DNA from: Squalus acanthias
Lineage: Eukaryota
Length of the DNA: 64,000 nt
Direction: 5' to 3'
NCBI GenBank assembly: GCA_030390025.1
Contig: CM059430.1
Span: forward strand, 99,758,001-99,822,000
The notes below the pieces were generated by a model that saw only the letters and a list, made by a program, of their open reading frames with translations, had not been told where the DNA came from and did not search any database. Position numbers and translations under genes: made by a program. Below are positions 48,071-59,867 of this stretch, piece after piece. Numbering within the stretch: position 1 is the stretch's first letter; the number at the start of each line of letters is the position of its first letter.

Positions 48071-49059
48071 TTTAAAGCTACCTGAGCCAGTTTGTGGAAT
48101 GCTGTGATTCACTGTCTACTTCAGTCTGAGATAGTGACGGCCAGTTGTCTTATCCCATGTTCATTAAACCAGATCAGCCCCTATTCATCTTAGCAGAGAA
48201 TAACAGATGTTTTCTTTAACTCCACACCCCCTATGGACAGAGGAGATGTAGCCAGTTTTATTAAGAGGCCTACTTGCAAATTACTGCAGGGGTGGGGGGG
48301 AAGTCAGAGGGACTGCCCTCCCACTGGCTGGGAACACAGGCAAAGAGGGACAAAGGGACACATGGGCAGTCAAGTCAACCAGCCGGGTCTGGGGAGGGAG
48401 CTTGGCCCGGTGAGGAGAAACTTGCACGTCTCAAGCCCAGAAACCAAGATCAGAAGGCTGACCAGTAAATGTTACGCGAGTCCACTGATAAGAACATACG
48501 AGCAGGAAAAGACCAGCTGATCCATCAAGTCTGCCCTACACATACAATGCCTGGAGCATGGCGACCAGACATTTCCTACCCCCACAGCCCTGGGAGTGGC
48601 AAAAAAACCACCAGGGTCAATCAGGAAAATAAAATCCTCTCTGACCCCTTCAGGTGATCAAAGCCAGTCGAGGAGATCCCATTGACCATGCGTACATCCA
48701 CTTACCTTTAACATGTGTTATTTTTGTATTTTTCTTGTTGTTGAGGAGGGTTCTATAGACAGTTGAATCAGGAAGTGATTGATTACACCTTTTACCCTAT
48801 ACGTTCACTGGCTATCTATAAAATAAAACAGCTTATTAATTTGTACCTGGCCTTGCATCATTAAGTGTTTCACTCCGCCTGCAGAAAAGCACATGTGAAA
48901 GAATGTCTTAAAACATGATATCCAGTCAGATCGCAAAGGGTTCCTATCATTACGCCCATGGATAACATTATCATAACATTACATATTGTGCAGTACAGCT
49001 ACCCTTCTGAATGTAAGATGCTCAGGCCACTTACAGGAGTGACACCGCGGTATCCAAGA

Positions 49060-50705
49060 GAATATCCAAGGTAAACACGGGTGAAAGAGGTCGGTGAGGA
49101 TAGGGGTAACAGGCAGGCAGGACTTGGTGTGGGATGGGGCCGCAGAGTTTTGGATGCGTTGAAGTTTACAGAGAGTGGAAGCTGGGAGACCATTCAGGAG
49201 AGAATTGAGTCTGGAGGTAACAATGGCAGTAATGAAGTTTGCAGCAGCTTAGGTAGGGGTGGAAGCGGGTAGTGTTACAGAGGTAGACATAGGTGTCTTT
49301 GTGAAAGAAAGACTTGCATTTATATGGCGCCTTTCACGACCACCGGACGTCTCAAAGCGCTTTACAGCCAATGAAGTACTTTTGGAGTGTAGTCACTGTT
49401 GTAATGTGGGGAACGCGGCAGCCAATTTGCACCCAGCAAGCTCCCACAAACAGCAATGTGATGATGAACAGATAATCTGTTTTTGTTATGTGGATTGAGG
49501 GATAAATATTGGCCAGGACACCGGGGATAACTCCCCTGCTCTTCTTTGAAATAGTGACTTGGGATCTTTTACGTCCACCTGAGAGAGCAGACGGTTTAAC
49601 GTCTCTTACGAAAGACGGAGAGGATATGAGGTTGGACACTCAGTTTGGGGTCAAACAGCGGGTTGAGATTGCGAACAGTCTGGTTCAGCCTGAGACAGTA
49701 CCAGGTTGGTGTAGATGGAGTTGGTGACGAGAGTACAGAGTGTGTGCCGTGAACCAAAGACAATGGCTTTAGTCTGCCCAATGTTTAGCTGGAGGAAATT
49801 ACGTCTTATCCAAGACTGGATGCTGGACAAGCAGTCTTACAGCACGAAGGTAGTGGAAGGATTGAGAGAGGTGATGGAGAAGTAGAGCTGGGCATCATCA
49901 CTGTACATGCAGAGGAGGCCAAGCATGGAACCTTGGGGAACTTCAGACGTGAGAGCGCGGAGGTGGGAAGAGAAGCTATTTCTGGAGATGCTCTGGCTAC
50001 AATTGGATAGGTAAGAGTGGAAATAAGCAAGGGCAGTCCCACTGAGCTGAACAATGGAGGAAAGGCATTAGAGGAAGGTGGTGTGATTCACCATTATTAT
50101 GGCTGCAGAGAGGACAAAGAGGGATAATGACCACGGTCACAGTAACTGAGAATGCCATTTGTGACTTTGGTTAGGGCTGATTCAGTGCTGTGGGAGGAAT
50201 GGAAATCTAATTTGATGGATTCAAACAGGGAATTGCGGGAGATGAGCACAGATCTGGGAGGTGGCTTCACATTCAAGGACCTTGGAGAGAAAAGGAAGGT
50301 TGACGGTGGGATGAAAATTAACATGGTCAGAGGGATTGAGAGTGGGTTTCTTGAGGAGGGGGTTGATGATGACAGTTTTGAAAGGCAGGGGGGCATTGCT
50401 TAGGAGAGGGAACCATTTACATTGTCAGCTAGCAAGGGGGGAAGTTTGATGGTCATAAGGTTAATATGAATGTGATTGAGAAAACAGGAGATCAGTCCTG
50501 TGGATGAGAATGGCTTTGAGAGGACATGGGGGTGGGGAGGGGAGGGGGGAGGTGGGAAAGAAACTAGAGAGATCGGGGCACAGGGCTAGGATATGAGGGG
50601 TACTGGGGAGATGATTGGCTTGTTGGGCAAGCAGCAAAGGTAGCTGAACAGATGGTCTCTATCTTGGTGACAAGAACATCCATGAGCTAATCGCACTTGT
50701 TTTTA
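49060..50705 (-). mobile_element. Degenerate L2 LINE fragment (~1.6 kb) with nested SINE
   Basis: Minus-strand remnants (HSTESALTKVTN, RLNQTVRNL, KKPTLDP-like region); collinear with 47090-47770 and 59200-59500. Confidence 0.75.
49303..49618 (-). mobile_element. 5'-truncated Deu-domain SINE inserted in L2
   Basis: GAAAGAAAGACTTGCATTTATATGGCGCC..GGGATCTTTTACGTCCACCTGAGAG..GAAAGACGG; L2 sequence resumes on both sides. Confidence 0.88.
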
Positions 50706-51904
50706 GAGCTGAGCTCCTGGGGTAGGTCTATACATTATCATTTAAGTCCAATATCCTCTCCCTAGACTAAGGTCTCCTTCTTAATCCTCATCTAAGCGAA
50801 TGATGACTGCTGCAGTTGTCGCCATTGCCTTGCTAGCTCTCTTCTATCAGTGTCCCTTTAGTCTGCTAGCATAAATTTAGGTCTGGTCTGAGTGTGATTT
50901 ATAACTCAAATAGAGTGAGCTGTGTAACAATCCAGAATTTGCAGCATGACTAGAATTAATTGGATGCAAGTCTTCCCTCCCAATAATTGCCTCAATTGAT
51001 CTTTTATAGTTCATCGGTGTAAAAGATTTATTGCTGTGTTATACCTATGTCAGGATTTGCAAACTAATGTTAATACCACTGAAGTGCAGCATAACACCTA
51101 GACTGCAATTTTCTCTGAGGTGGGTAAGTCAGCATTAAAATTACAGACAGTCAGAGTATCCCCGCAAGACCCCTGAATGCCTAAAGCCAATGTTGTGCTG
51201 TGATTTAGGTGAAAGGAGGCACTGTTGCCTCTGCCAGTAAAGTGGAATGTCAATTTTCTTTACCCTAACATAGGAGGATCCATCTAGTGGTCCAGGAGAG
51301 AAATAACAAAGGCTTGCAGACAGTGTTGTGCGAGTTCCTTGCTGGAGGTTCCACTAAGTTGAGTGTCTCGAAGATTGTAGTTGAGATCAACATTGCAACA
51401 ATGTTCCTTAAATACAACGCAGTATTTTCCAACAATGGAAATGCATTCTTAGGTTTTCTAAACATACTGCCTGATGATAAGTAAATATAGCATTACACAA
51501 GTGGTCATCGCGAAATTAAACCCGTTAAAGGGTTATGTGAATCAGACTCTACTAAAGCTTTTGGGGAAATAAAGAAAATACACAGTGATGACTTGGTCTA
51601 ATTGGACCCAATTTATGCCCCTCTATGAACTACTGATGGGCAACTATGGGTGTCATCTTACAATGCTATTTGAACTTGCATGACAAATTTATTGAGTGAT
51701 CACATTCATGACTACACTGCCCAACATGTTACAGTGAGGATCTGATACCATATGTGACAGAATCAAGGGAACTGTCCCTTTTCAAACCATAAAAATCTTG
51801 ACATTATAGGAATGATCCCATACTCCCACTCAACTGAAGCATGGGTTGGAGAACTGGGGCTACAGTAGCCCTATCTCTGACCGATGTTCAGTGGCAGCAA
51901 TAAA

Positions 51905-52345
51905 TGCCAGCCATGGCTCAGAGGTAGCCCTCTTGCCTGTGACTCAGAAGGTTGTGGGTTCTAAGCTTCACTCCAGAGACTTGAGCACATAGTCTAGGCT
52001 GACAATTCAGTACAACACTGAGGGAGTGCTGGCCTGTCAGAGGTGCCATCTTTCAGATGTGATGTTAAACCGAAGCCCCCTCTGCCCTCTCAGGTGGATG
52101 TAAAAGATCCCATGGCACTAATTGAAGAAGGGTATAGGAGTTCTCCCAGTGTCCTGGCCAACATTTATCCTTCAACCAATACCTAAAAATAGACGATCAT
52201 TTATTTCATTGCTATTTATGGGACCTTGCATTGTGCAAATTACAGTACAACAGCGACTACACTTTAGAAGTACTACATTGGCTCTAAAGTGCTTTGGGAT
52301 ATCTTGAGGTTGTGAAAAGTGCTATATAAATGCAAGTTATTTTTA
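51905..52345 (+). mobile_element. Near full-length Deu-domain SINE
   Basis: Head TGGCTCAGAGGTAGC..GAAGGTTGTGGGTTC, Deu domain, tail GCTATATAAATGCAAG. Confidence 0.88.
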
Positions 52346-53256
52346 TGCTCCCTATGAATGCAGCTTCATTGATGGGAGTATGGGACTACAGAAACGACCA
52401 TATATCATTGTATAGGATATGAGTTTGTTGAATGGGCTTTCTGTTATGTGGGTGTAAGGCAACATATTATCAGGTTTTTTTGATAACGCTTCTGTTTTAT
52501 TACGTTAAATGCACTATATAAATATTACGTTGTTGTTACATGGGACCCCATCAGCTGCTGAACTCTGCTAATCAAGTTAATAGGACAATGGTCATTTTAT
52601 TTTGTAGATTCATATCAGATTAGTATTCAAGAATACAAGCTTTCATACACACCTGTTATTCCTAATGGTTGGCCTATCAAAATTATAATCGTTTTTTAAT
52701 CAAAATAGGCCAGAATGATTGATCTGGTAATCAAGCAGATGGGAGCCAGCAGGCAGATCACACTGTATCTGCCGAGAAGATATAATTGATTAAAAAAAAA
52801 AGTTTGCTTGCCTGTTGCGAAGGGATCTGGGGCTTCTTCAAAGCAACTCGCTGAGGTATGAGGAACTGCCTGGACCCGCTATATCCAAACCATTGTCCTA
52901 CCTACTTCAGGTCACTCAGATCAACTGTATTTCCTTATCACATTGTCAGTGCTAGGTCAGCACGAGTGAGAGTGGTAACCGGAGTGTCCACTTTGTTCTA
53001 ACGTTAGAAAGTTCCATCCAACAAGAACCCAGGATGTTCAGTGGAACTGATGCAAACTCAGAGTGGTGTGAGGCAGCCTCTTGAAAGGGGTTTGAAACGA
53101 TGCAAAAATGCCAGTATAAATTCCATCATAAGTGGTATAATGAGCAACATTTTTTTAGAAAAGAGCATGATTTTGTGTAATTGTACAAAAACGCAACCAC
53201 TGTATTGTTAGTTAAAATGCACAGCTGGCATTGATTTCAAACTTCAAATTTCAAAA

Positions 53257-53484
53257 TGTCCTGGCCAATATTTATCCCTCAATCAACATCATTAAAAAAA
53301 AACAGATTATCTGGTCATTATCACATTGCTGTTTGTGGGAGCTTACTGTGTGCAGATTGGCTGCCGTGTTTCTTACATTACCACAGTGACTACACTTCAA
53401 TTGTACTTCATTGGCTGTAAAGCGCTTTGGGCCGTCCTGAGGTCATGAAAGGCGCTATATAAATGCAAGTCTTTCTTTTCTTTT
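53257..53484 (+). mobile_element. Deu-domain SINE, 3' half
   Basis: TGTCCTGGCCAATATTTATCCCTCAATC..AAAGGCGCTATATAAATGCAAGTCTTTCTTT. Confidence 0.9.
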
Positions 53485-53874
53485 ATCACCGCGGCAAGAC
53501 AGAACTCCGTTAACGTAAAGTTGTGCACTAATATAAGAAGAGTCAATTTGTGAAGAAGAATAGGGGGCAGAAAAGATTATGCAGCCATTGGGCGATCCCA
53601 AAAACGAATACCCTTCAATCACCATATGAGCATTGGAAAGCACAGTGTGTGCAGTCTATCACAATACATAGCTATATGGAAGATACACAGCAGGGACAGG
53701 GGAGTGCAGTTTGCTTCATGACAGAGGATATTTGCTTAACCCAGGGGTACCCAGAGTCCCACAATCTGTTTAATCTGTTTTCTTTATTCTACTGGCAGAC
53801 ATTTAAAGGAGAAGTATACTTCTTAATATTTTATATATCCTAATTATTAATTCTTGTGCACTAATGTAGCTGGT

Positions 53875-54252
53875 CCTACCATCCTTCCCTCCTTTCTCAC
53901 ACCTCTTACTCTCCCCTCTCACCCTTTCTGCCCCTCACCTCATTCACCCCTTCCCCTAAACATCCACTCTCTTCCCCATTACTGTCCCTCCACCCTCCTC
54001 TCCCCTACCCTCCCCGTCCCTCCACCATAATCTCCCTCCCCTCCCCATCTCTCCACCCTCCTCTCCCATCCATCCACCCTCCTCTCCCATCCCTCCACCC
54101 TCCTCTCCCATCCCTCCACCCTCCTTCCCCTACCCTCCCCGTCCCTCCACCATACTCTCCCTCCCCTCCCCATCTCTCCACCCTCCTCTCCCATCCCTCC
54201 ACCCTCCTCACTCCGACCCTCCCCATCCCTCCACTCCAACCCTCCTCCCCAA
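53875..54252. repeat. C-rich polypyrimidine tandem repeat (~21-bp unit CCATCCCTCCACCCTCCTCTC with a higher-order duplication)
   Basis: Directly visible; 53986-54070 recurs at about 54110-54210. Confidence 0.85.
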
Positions 54253-54518
54253 TCAGTAGGAGTGACAGGATTGACCATCAATTCTAACCCCATCTACAAG
54301 TAATCTATAAAACAGGATTAGGTGAAAGGTGAGTATAACTCAGCTAAATACTGAATTACAATATTAGCAACTGTAGCAGCAGCATTAAAAAACACTTAAA
54401 GCACATCATTTACAAAAATTATCTGTAATCAGGTGGAAAGAGAGTTAAGGAAGTCAGATAGGTTTCCTGATGAGGTCATGGGAAAGTTAATCATATCAGA
54501 GGTGAGTATGCATAAATT

Positions 54519-55023
54519 GGACCAACATTTGCGATCGGAGGCTTCCCGCGGGGCAGACGCCTCCGACCTGCAAAATGTCTACGAAAGTACCTGGTGGCCC
54601 GGGAGGAACAGAGGCTTGCGATCCTGGGCCTCTCCGGGTCAGCGCGGGCAGAGCCCCACCTATCCCAGGGGCGCAGGCGGTTCATAGGTGTTCCTGGGAT
54701 CACGTGGGCCGGCCCAACCAATGGAAGAAGGGAATCCCCATTCATACTTTTGACAGTTCTGTACGTACGGAACTCCCATAAGTATGAATGGGGATCACCT
54801 AAAAAATACACCAACACATTAAATAAATTTTTACAAAACATTACATATTTAAAATTAATTAAAATGCCATTTCATTAAATATTTTAAACAAAAATTAAAT
54901 TTTTGGGGGTAAAAAATTAAATGTTTTCACGGAGCTAAAAATAAACTTGCCTTTTTGAAGAGTATTTTTAATTTATAAATGAGTTATCAAATTTCATTTT
55001 TCTATTTTTTTTAAATCCGGCCC
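54519..55023 (-). mobile_element. PIF/Harbinger-like MITE, copy 2 (internally deleted)
   Basis: Reverse complement of about 16010-16502; ends GGACCAACATTTGCGA / AAATCCGGCCC; 3-bp TSD ATT (54516-54518, 55024-55026). Confidence 0.8.
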
Positions 55024-55779
55024 ATTTTATATAAATAAATGCTCAATAATGAATTAGACAATAAATATATTAAATAGTTCTTGTAACATCATAAACCTTG
55101 ATAATGCATCATAGATGATTTGTTAACATCAGTAGAAATCCTTTTTATTGAGTTACTGCCATAAATGTCCTGGCAGCCATTTTGTATTCTTCATCACGTA
55201 CTGCTCGTTCTACCAATAAAACGCTTTTTCTCCATGGCATTCTGCAGTTGCTGTGAGCATTCACCATGGTGTAATGAAGATGGAAAGAGTAGTAAAAATG
55301 ATAGTGATGTAAGAACTCAAGAAGGTGTTGAGTATCTTCATTGTTCAATAAGCAAAGGGCCTCACATGGCGAATGAGTTTTACAGGTCTCCTTCAAGAGT
55401 GGAATGAACATGGCATTCAACATTCTTATAGATGGCATAAATAAATAGAATACAATGTATGTGTATGACTTTTGTGTGGCGAAGTTTGAGTGTGTCCGAG
55501 ACACAGCCTGTGGTCAGATTTGGGCCACGAGTTCCCATAATCCAAAGCTCTGGTTATTTTTTACTTGCTCAAGCAGCATGTTGATCTTCATGGGTTTAGA
55601 GGACTGGAAATCTGTTGGATTTAAACCAATGACAATGTGGCCTTTTCCCACCAATCAGGGAGGAGCATTATACCGAGTTCAAAATGCTGCAACCAATAGA
55701 GGAAGAAATGACAACTTCAGAGAACGAGGGGGGAGGTTAGGACATGGACACGCCACCAGCAGAAACAGTGCTGCAAGCA

Positions 55780-55938
55780 GAATCCATAATAGCATTCAAA
55801 AGGGAAGTGGGTAATCATTCATGAAAGGAAAAGAAAATATTAAAAGGGTACAGGAAAGGCAGGGGAATGGCTCTTTCATAGAGCCAGCACAGCCATGATG
55901 GGCTGAATGGCTTCCTTTGGTGCTGTAAAATTCTATAG
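55780..55938 (+). mobile_element. CR1 LINE 3' end, degraded
   Basis: GCATTCAAAAGGGAAGTGG..GAGCCAGCACAG..GGGCTGAATGGCTTCC..GCTGTAAAATTCTAT. Confidence 0.7.
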
Positions 55939-57984
55939 TTCTGCCTGACCCAAAAGAAATTTAATGATACGCTGCCCTCTCCATATCTGTAGCACATGGA
56001 CCTAGCTCTATGCTCTAGGGGATTGAACAACCCTGGTGTAATGAACAATGAAAAAGACATTTTGCGCGTTATGAGTGCTGTTTTGGTTATGTATAGAGGT
56101 TCTTTTTTGTCTTGCGGTGTAGAGTAGGAGTAGTATATAGATAGTATCATCATGGGATTCACAATGCCATCACATCCAACTTGGTTGGTGACGACGATAA
56201 AGTGACAAAGTTGTGCTGGTTAATGGGACTTGGCCTTGGTGGAGTGGTTTGGTTGGTTGTGTTTTAAAGTTATTTTTTGGGTCAGTTGTGTAGCACCAGT
56301 GAGATTTTAAGTGTGCTGCTGATGCTCCAGAATGTTTAGGGGGCTAGGGAGTTGCCATGGTTACAGCTGTGCGCTCACTAATGGTAAGAGTGAGCGCACA
56401 GCTGTTTGATTTATTTTTTAAGCAGAGTGACACATGGGAAAGTAGTTCTGGTCAGACGATTATCTCACATACACGGACAAATTCTGTAATCTATGCACAT
56501 GAGGTAAGAAATGTGTCCTGGGCCTCATACGTTATACAGAATGGATTATTTTAATAGGTACCATGGGGAAAAAATATTGTAACAGCTTTACAAGAACGGA
56601 ATGAAAATCTCCCAGTGTTAAATCTTATACTTAACTAAGGTTTGTGTAGGTATTGTGAGCATTTACAAGTATGTAAAGTTTATATCCAGTTGTGTGCGTA
56701 CGCACAGACATGCATAGTGGGTCACTTATCTATGATTCAGCCAACTGCATGGACTGTAGAACAGTTAATGCTTGCAGTAAAGTCATAGGCACCTTCTTTA
56801 CACTTGTGTTGACAATTTCATTACAAATAACCAACCTTTCTCCATCTCCTGCTTTTGAGGCCTGTGTGTGAATTAAGCCCAACTTGACAGAAAGAACCCC
56901 CCCCCCCCCTCTCTCCAGTTGGAAGTCTCCTGAATAAGAGACATTTGCCAGTTTTAACCCAGTGTCTAAATTGGTGCAAGCCCCCTTTGCAAAATTGTCC
57001 ATAATTCCATACAACTTGCAAATAAATCAATAGTATGATTAACTATGCAAGAGGCACAACATGGTGTGGGGATTGGAAATGCCACACTAGTGCAATGGAG
57101 TTGCTCCACTGAGGTAGGGTTTAAGGAAGGGGAGGGGAGATAGGATTTCCTCCACGCTCCAGAAATAGCAGAATCGTAAATGTATTTATAGCGAACAGGT
57201 TTACAGTTTTACTATATCTAGCACAAAGAGGAAATTGTCCCTTTTTGTTGGGGCAGTGCATAGGGAGCTTTACTCTGCTTATAATTTCTACTATAGCTTA
57301 GTTGGGAGTACATGATGACCACATTAGATGCTCAATGTTCCATTTGGAGGAACTGCCATCCTCACATTAATGAGCACAAAATATTACACCCAAAATTAAT
57401 TTTATTCACACAAAAAAGATCTTTGAACTTATTAGTTCATTCTGAGTAATGTGAATTAAGGTTTTTTTGGAATCCATTCCTGCTTCTAATTCCACTTTCA
57501 GAGTTCCATTATTTAAGTAAAGTACTGCACAAAGGAGAAGGTGTGTGTGGTTCAAAAGCTGATGACATCTCAGTACTCAACGGGTTGATGTTCAAGTGTG
57601 CATTTTTACATTGGATAATGTGAACACTTGATGAAAGTGATATATTGGGTGCGCTAGAGAGACAGAGAAATCAATGTTAGTGCAGTGGTGTATATATGAA
57701 AAGAAGATAGTGTGTTGATACGTCAGAGGTTTTTGTGGATTTGTGAATGTGCCCTCCTGAGGGTGGCCACTTGGTCTCAAAGTAAAGGTCGGGTTGGAGT
57801 GGAACTTATTTTTCTCCATTTGTTCATATCAATAGCAACGAGCATTCACAGCCAAGATATGGTGTAACTTTGGGGGCTCTCCATTCCATGGCAACGCACC
57901 TTCATCTGAACTTCGGTATTATGAGCTGCCCTGTACCTGCCAACTCTAACATTTGAGAATGAGCAGCACAATTTGGAAGATCGT

Positions 57985-58205
57985 GCCATGCTCCCATCAT
58001 TTTGTTCAATTTCTTACTGCCTCCTCTCCTGAAGGCACTGCCTCATGTTTGGGTTCCACGAACACCAGCAATCCTCCAGTATCTTACGCAAGTGGTCATC
58101 TTTGTGTATGGACCTTGACAGTGAGTGTCAGTGAGCTGCTTGACTGTGGGAAGGTGCATCACAATGAAGCCCAATCACATCCTCAGCTGTACTCCCATGC
58201 TTTTA
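57985..58205 (-). mobile_element. Third SINE family (AmnSINE2-like, tentative), 3' part
   Basis: Reverse complement resembles 23855-24062 (TGTGATGC..GACACTCACTGTCAAGG..CCTTCAGGAGAGGAGG..GAAATTG). Confidence 0.5.
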
Positions 58206-58623
58206 AAGGGACCACCAATCATTTTAATCAAATTATGTGGTTGATTTTCACTTTCTAGACCCATATTTCACTTTCCATTATGATAGTCCCAGAGCAATAA
58301 CATTCATTTTAGAATCTGGTAAGAATTATGCGGCAAACATTATTTTTCCCCCCTCATAGTATGTCTGGTAACTTAATGCGTAAACGAGCGTACAGGGGAT
58401 GGGAAAGACTCCTGTTAGACTTAGCTCTGTAATGTCATCACTAATAAATCACAGGCTAATTGCTCACAAAATGGTCACATCTGATATGGAGCTGGTTTGT
58501 GTTTGTAGGGTTGGAATAGATCCTTTTTTAAAAACATGTCCTTAAAGTGTAGTTCAAAAGGTTTCTTTTTGGTATATTAATGTGCAACGTGAAGAAAAAC
58601 CACACTGCTTTACACAAACACCA

Positions 58624-59517
58624 GCTCCCTTGGGCATCACATATACTAAAATTGGAACGATACAACAACAACTTGTATTTATATAGCGCCTTTAACATAG
58701 TAAAACGTCTCAAGGCGCTGCACAGGAGTATTTTAAGACAAAAAATTTGACACCGATGCACATAAGGAGAAATTAGGGCAGGTGACCAAAAGCTTGGTCA
58801 GAGGTAGGTTTTAAGGAGCGTCTTAAAGGAGGAAAGAGAGGTAGTGAGATGGACAGGTTTAGGCAGGGAATTCCAGAGTTTAGGACCTAGGCAACAGAAG
58901 GCATGGCCAACAATGATTGAGCGATTATAATCAGGGATGCTCAAGAGGGCAGAATTAGAGGAGTGCAGATAACTCGGGGGGTTGTGGAGCTGAAGGAGAT
59001 TACAGAGATAGGAAGGGGCGAGGCCATGGAGGGATTTGAAAACAAGGATGAGAATTTTGAAATCGAGGCGCTGCTTAACCGAGAGCCAATGTAGGTCAGC
59101 GAGCACAGGGGTGATGGATAAATGGGACTTGGTGTGAGTTAGGACACGGGCAGCCGAGTTTTGGATGACCTCAAGTTTACGTAGGGTGGAATGTGGGAGG
59201 CCAACCAGGAGTGCGTTGGAATAGTCAAGTCTAGAGGTAACAAAGGCATGGATGAGGGTTTCAGCAGCGGATGAGCTGAGGCAAGGGCGGAGACGGGCGA
59301 TGTTACGGAGGTGGAAGTAGGCGGTCTTCGTTATGCTGCAGATATGTGGTCAGAAGCTCATTTTAGGGTCAAATATGACACCAAGGTTGCTAACAGTGTG
59401 GTTCAGCCTCAGACAGATGTTTGGGAGAGGGATGGAGTCAGTGGCTAGGGAATGGAGTTTGTGGCAGGGACCAAAAACAATGGCTTCAGTCTTCCCAATA
59501 TAGAGAAGATTAGCATG
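58624..59517 (+). pseudogene. RNU6: U6 snRNA fragment (U6 nt ~3-58) split into 58624-58664 and 59503-59517 by an L2 insertion
   Basis: GCTCCCTTGGGCATCAC-ATATACTAAAATTGGAACGATACA matches U6 nt 3-43 (3 mismatches; nt 20-43 exact). GAGAAGATTAGCATG matches U6 nt 44-58 exactly and lies immediately after the LINE. The 3' half of U6 is absent. Confidence 0.9.
58665..59501 (-). mobile_element. 5'-truncated L2-clade LINE (~840 bp), well preserved
   Basis: Minus-strand ORF LADLHWLSVKQRLDFKILILVFKSLHGLAPSYL..AFCCLGPKLWNSLP..SSFKTLLKTYL (L2 ORF2 C-terminus); tail GGCGCTATATAAATACAAG(TTG)n. Confidence 0.92.
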
Positions 59518-59814
59518 TTGTACTCAGCATGGCAATTGTATTCAATTTCCCCTTTAGCTAGAGATGAAAGGCTAAAAATTAATGTCAGCAGAATCAGTAG
59601 ATGAATACTTATTTGTATGACATTTTGCTGCCCAGTATTTTAATGAAGGCATCAACCGTTTATTTCAAAATGTTTCCACTGAAACAATGGAGAGAGGAAT
59701 ATTATACAAGCAGTGTTCATTCATTAATGTAGCCAGCAGCCATTTCTAGTCTGTAGAGAGAATTTCCTCCATTTAGATTGGCAGACTTTAGTTAGGGTAG
59801 CAGAGGATGACAGC

Positions 59815-59824
59815 GCGTGCCAGC

Positions 59825-59867
<43 letters not shown>

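Noticed and set aside
53979-54293. Gly/Glu/Arg-rich minus-strand ORFs
   Set aside because: Translation of the C-rich tandem repeat.
58624-59517. Functional U6 gene, or an intron-containing U6 as in some fungi
   Set aside because: The 3' half of U6 is missing, the 5' stem is mutated, I see no PSE/TATA arrangement, and the insert is a LINE without GT-AG ends.
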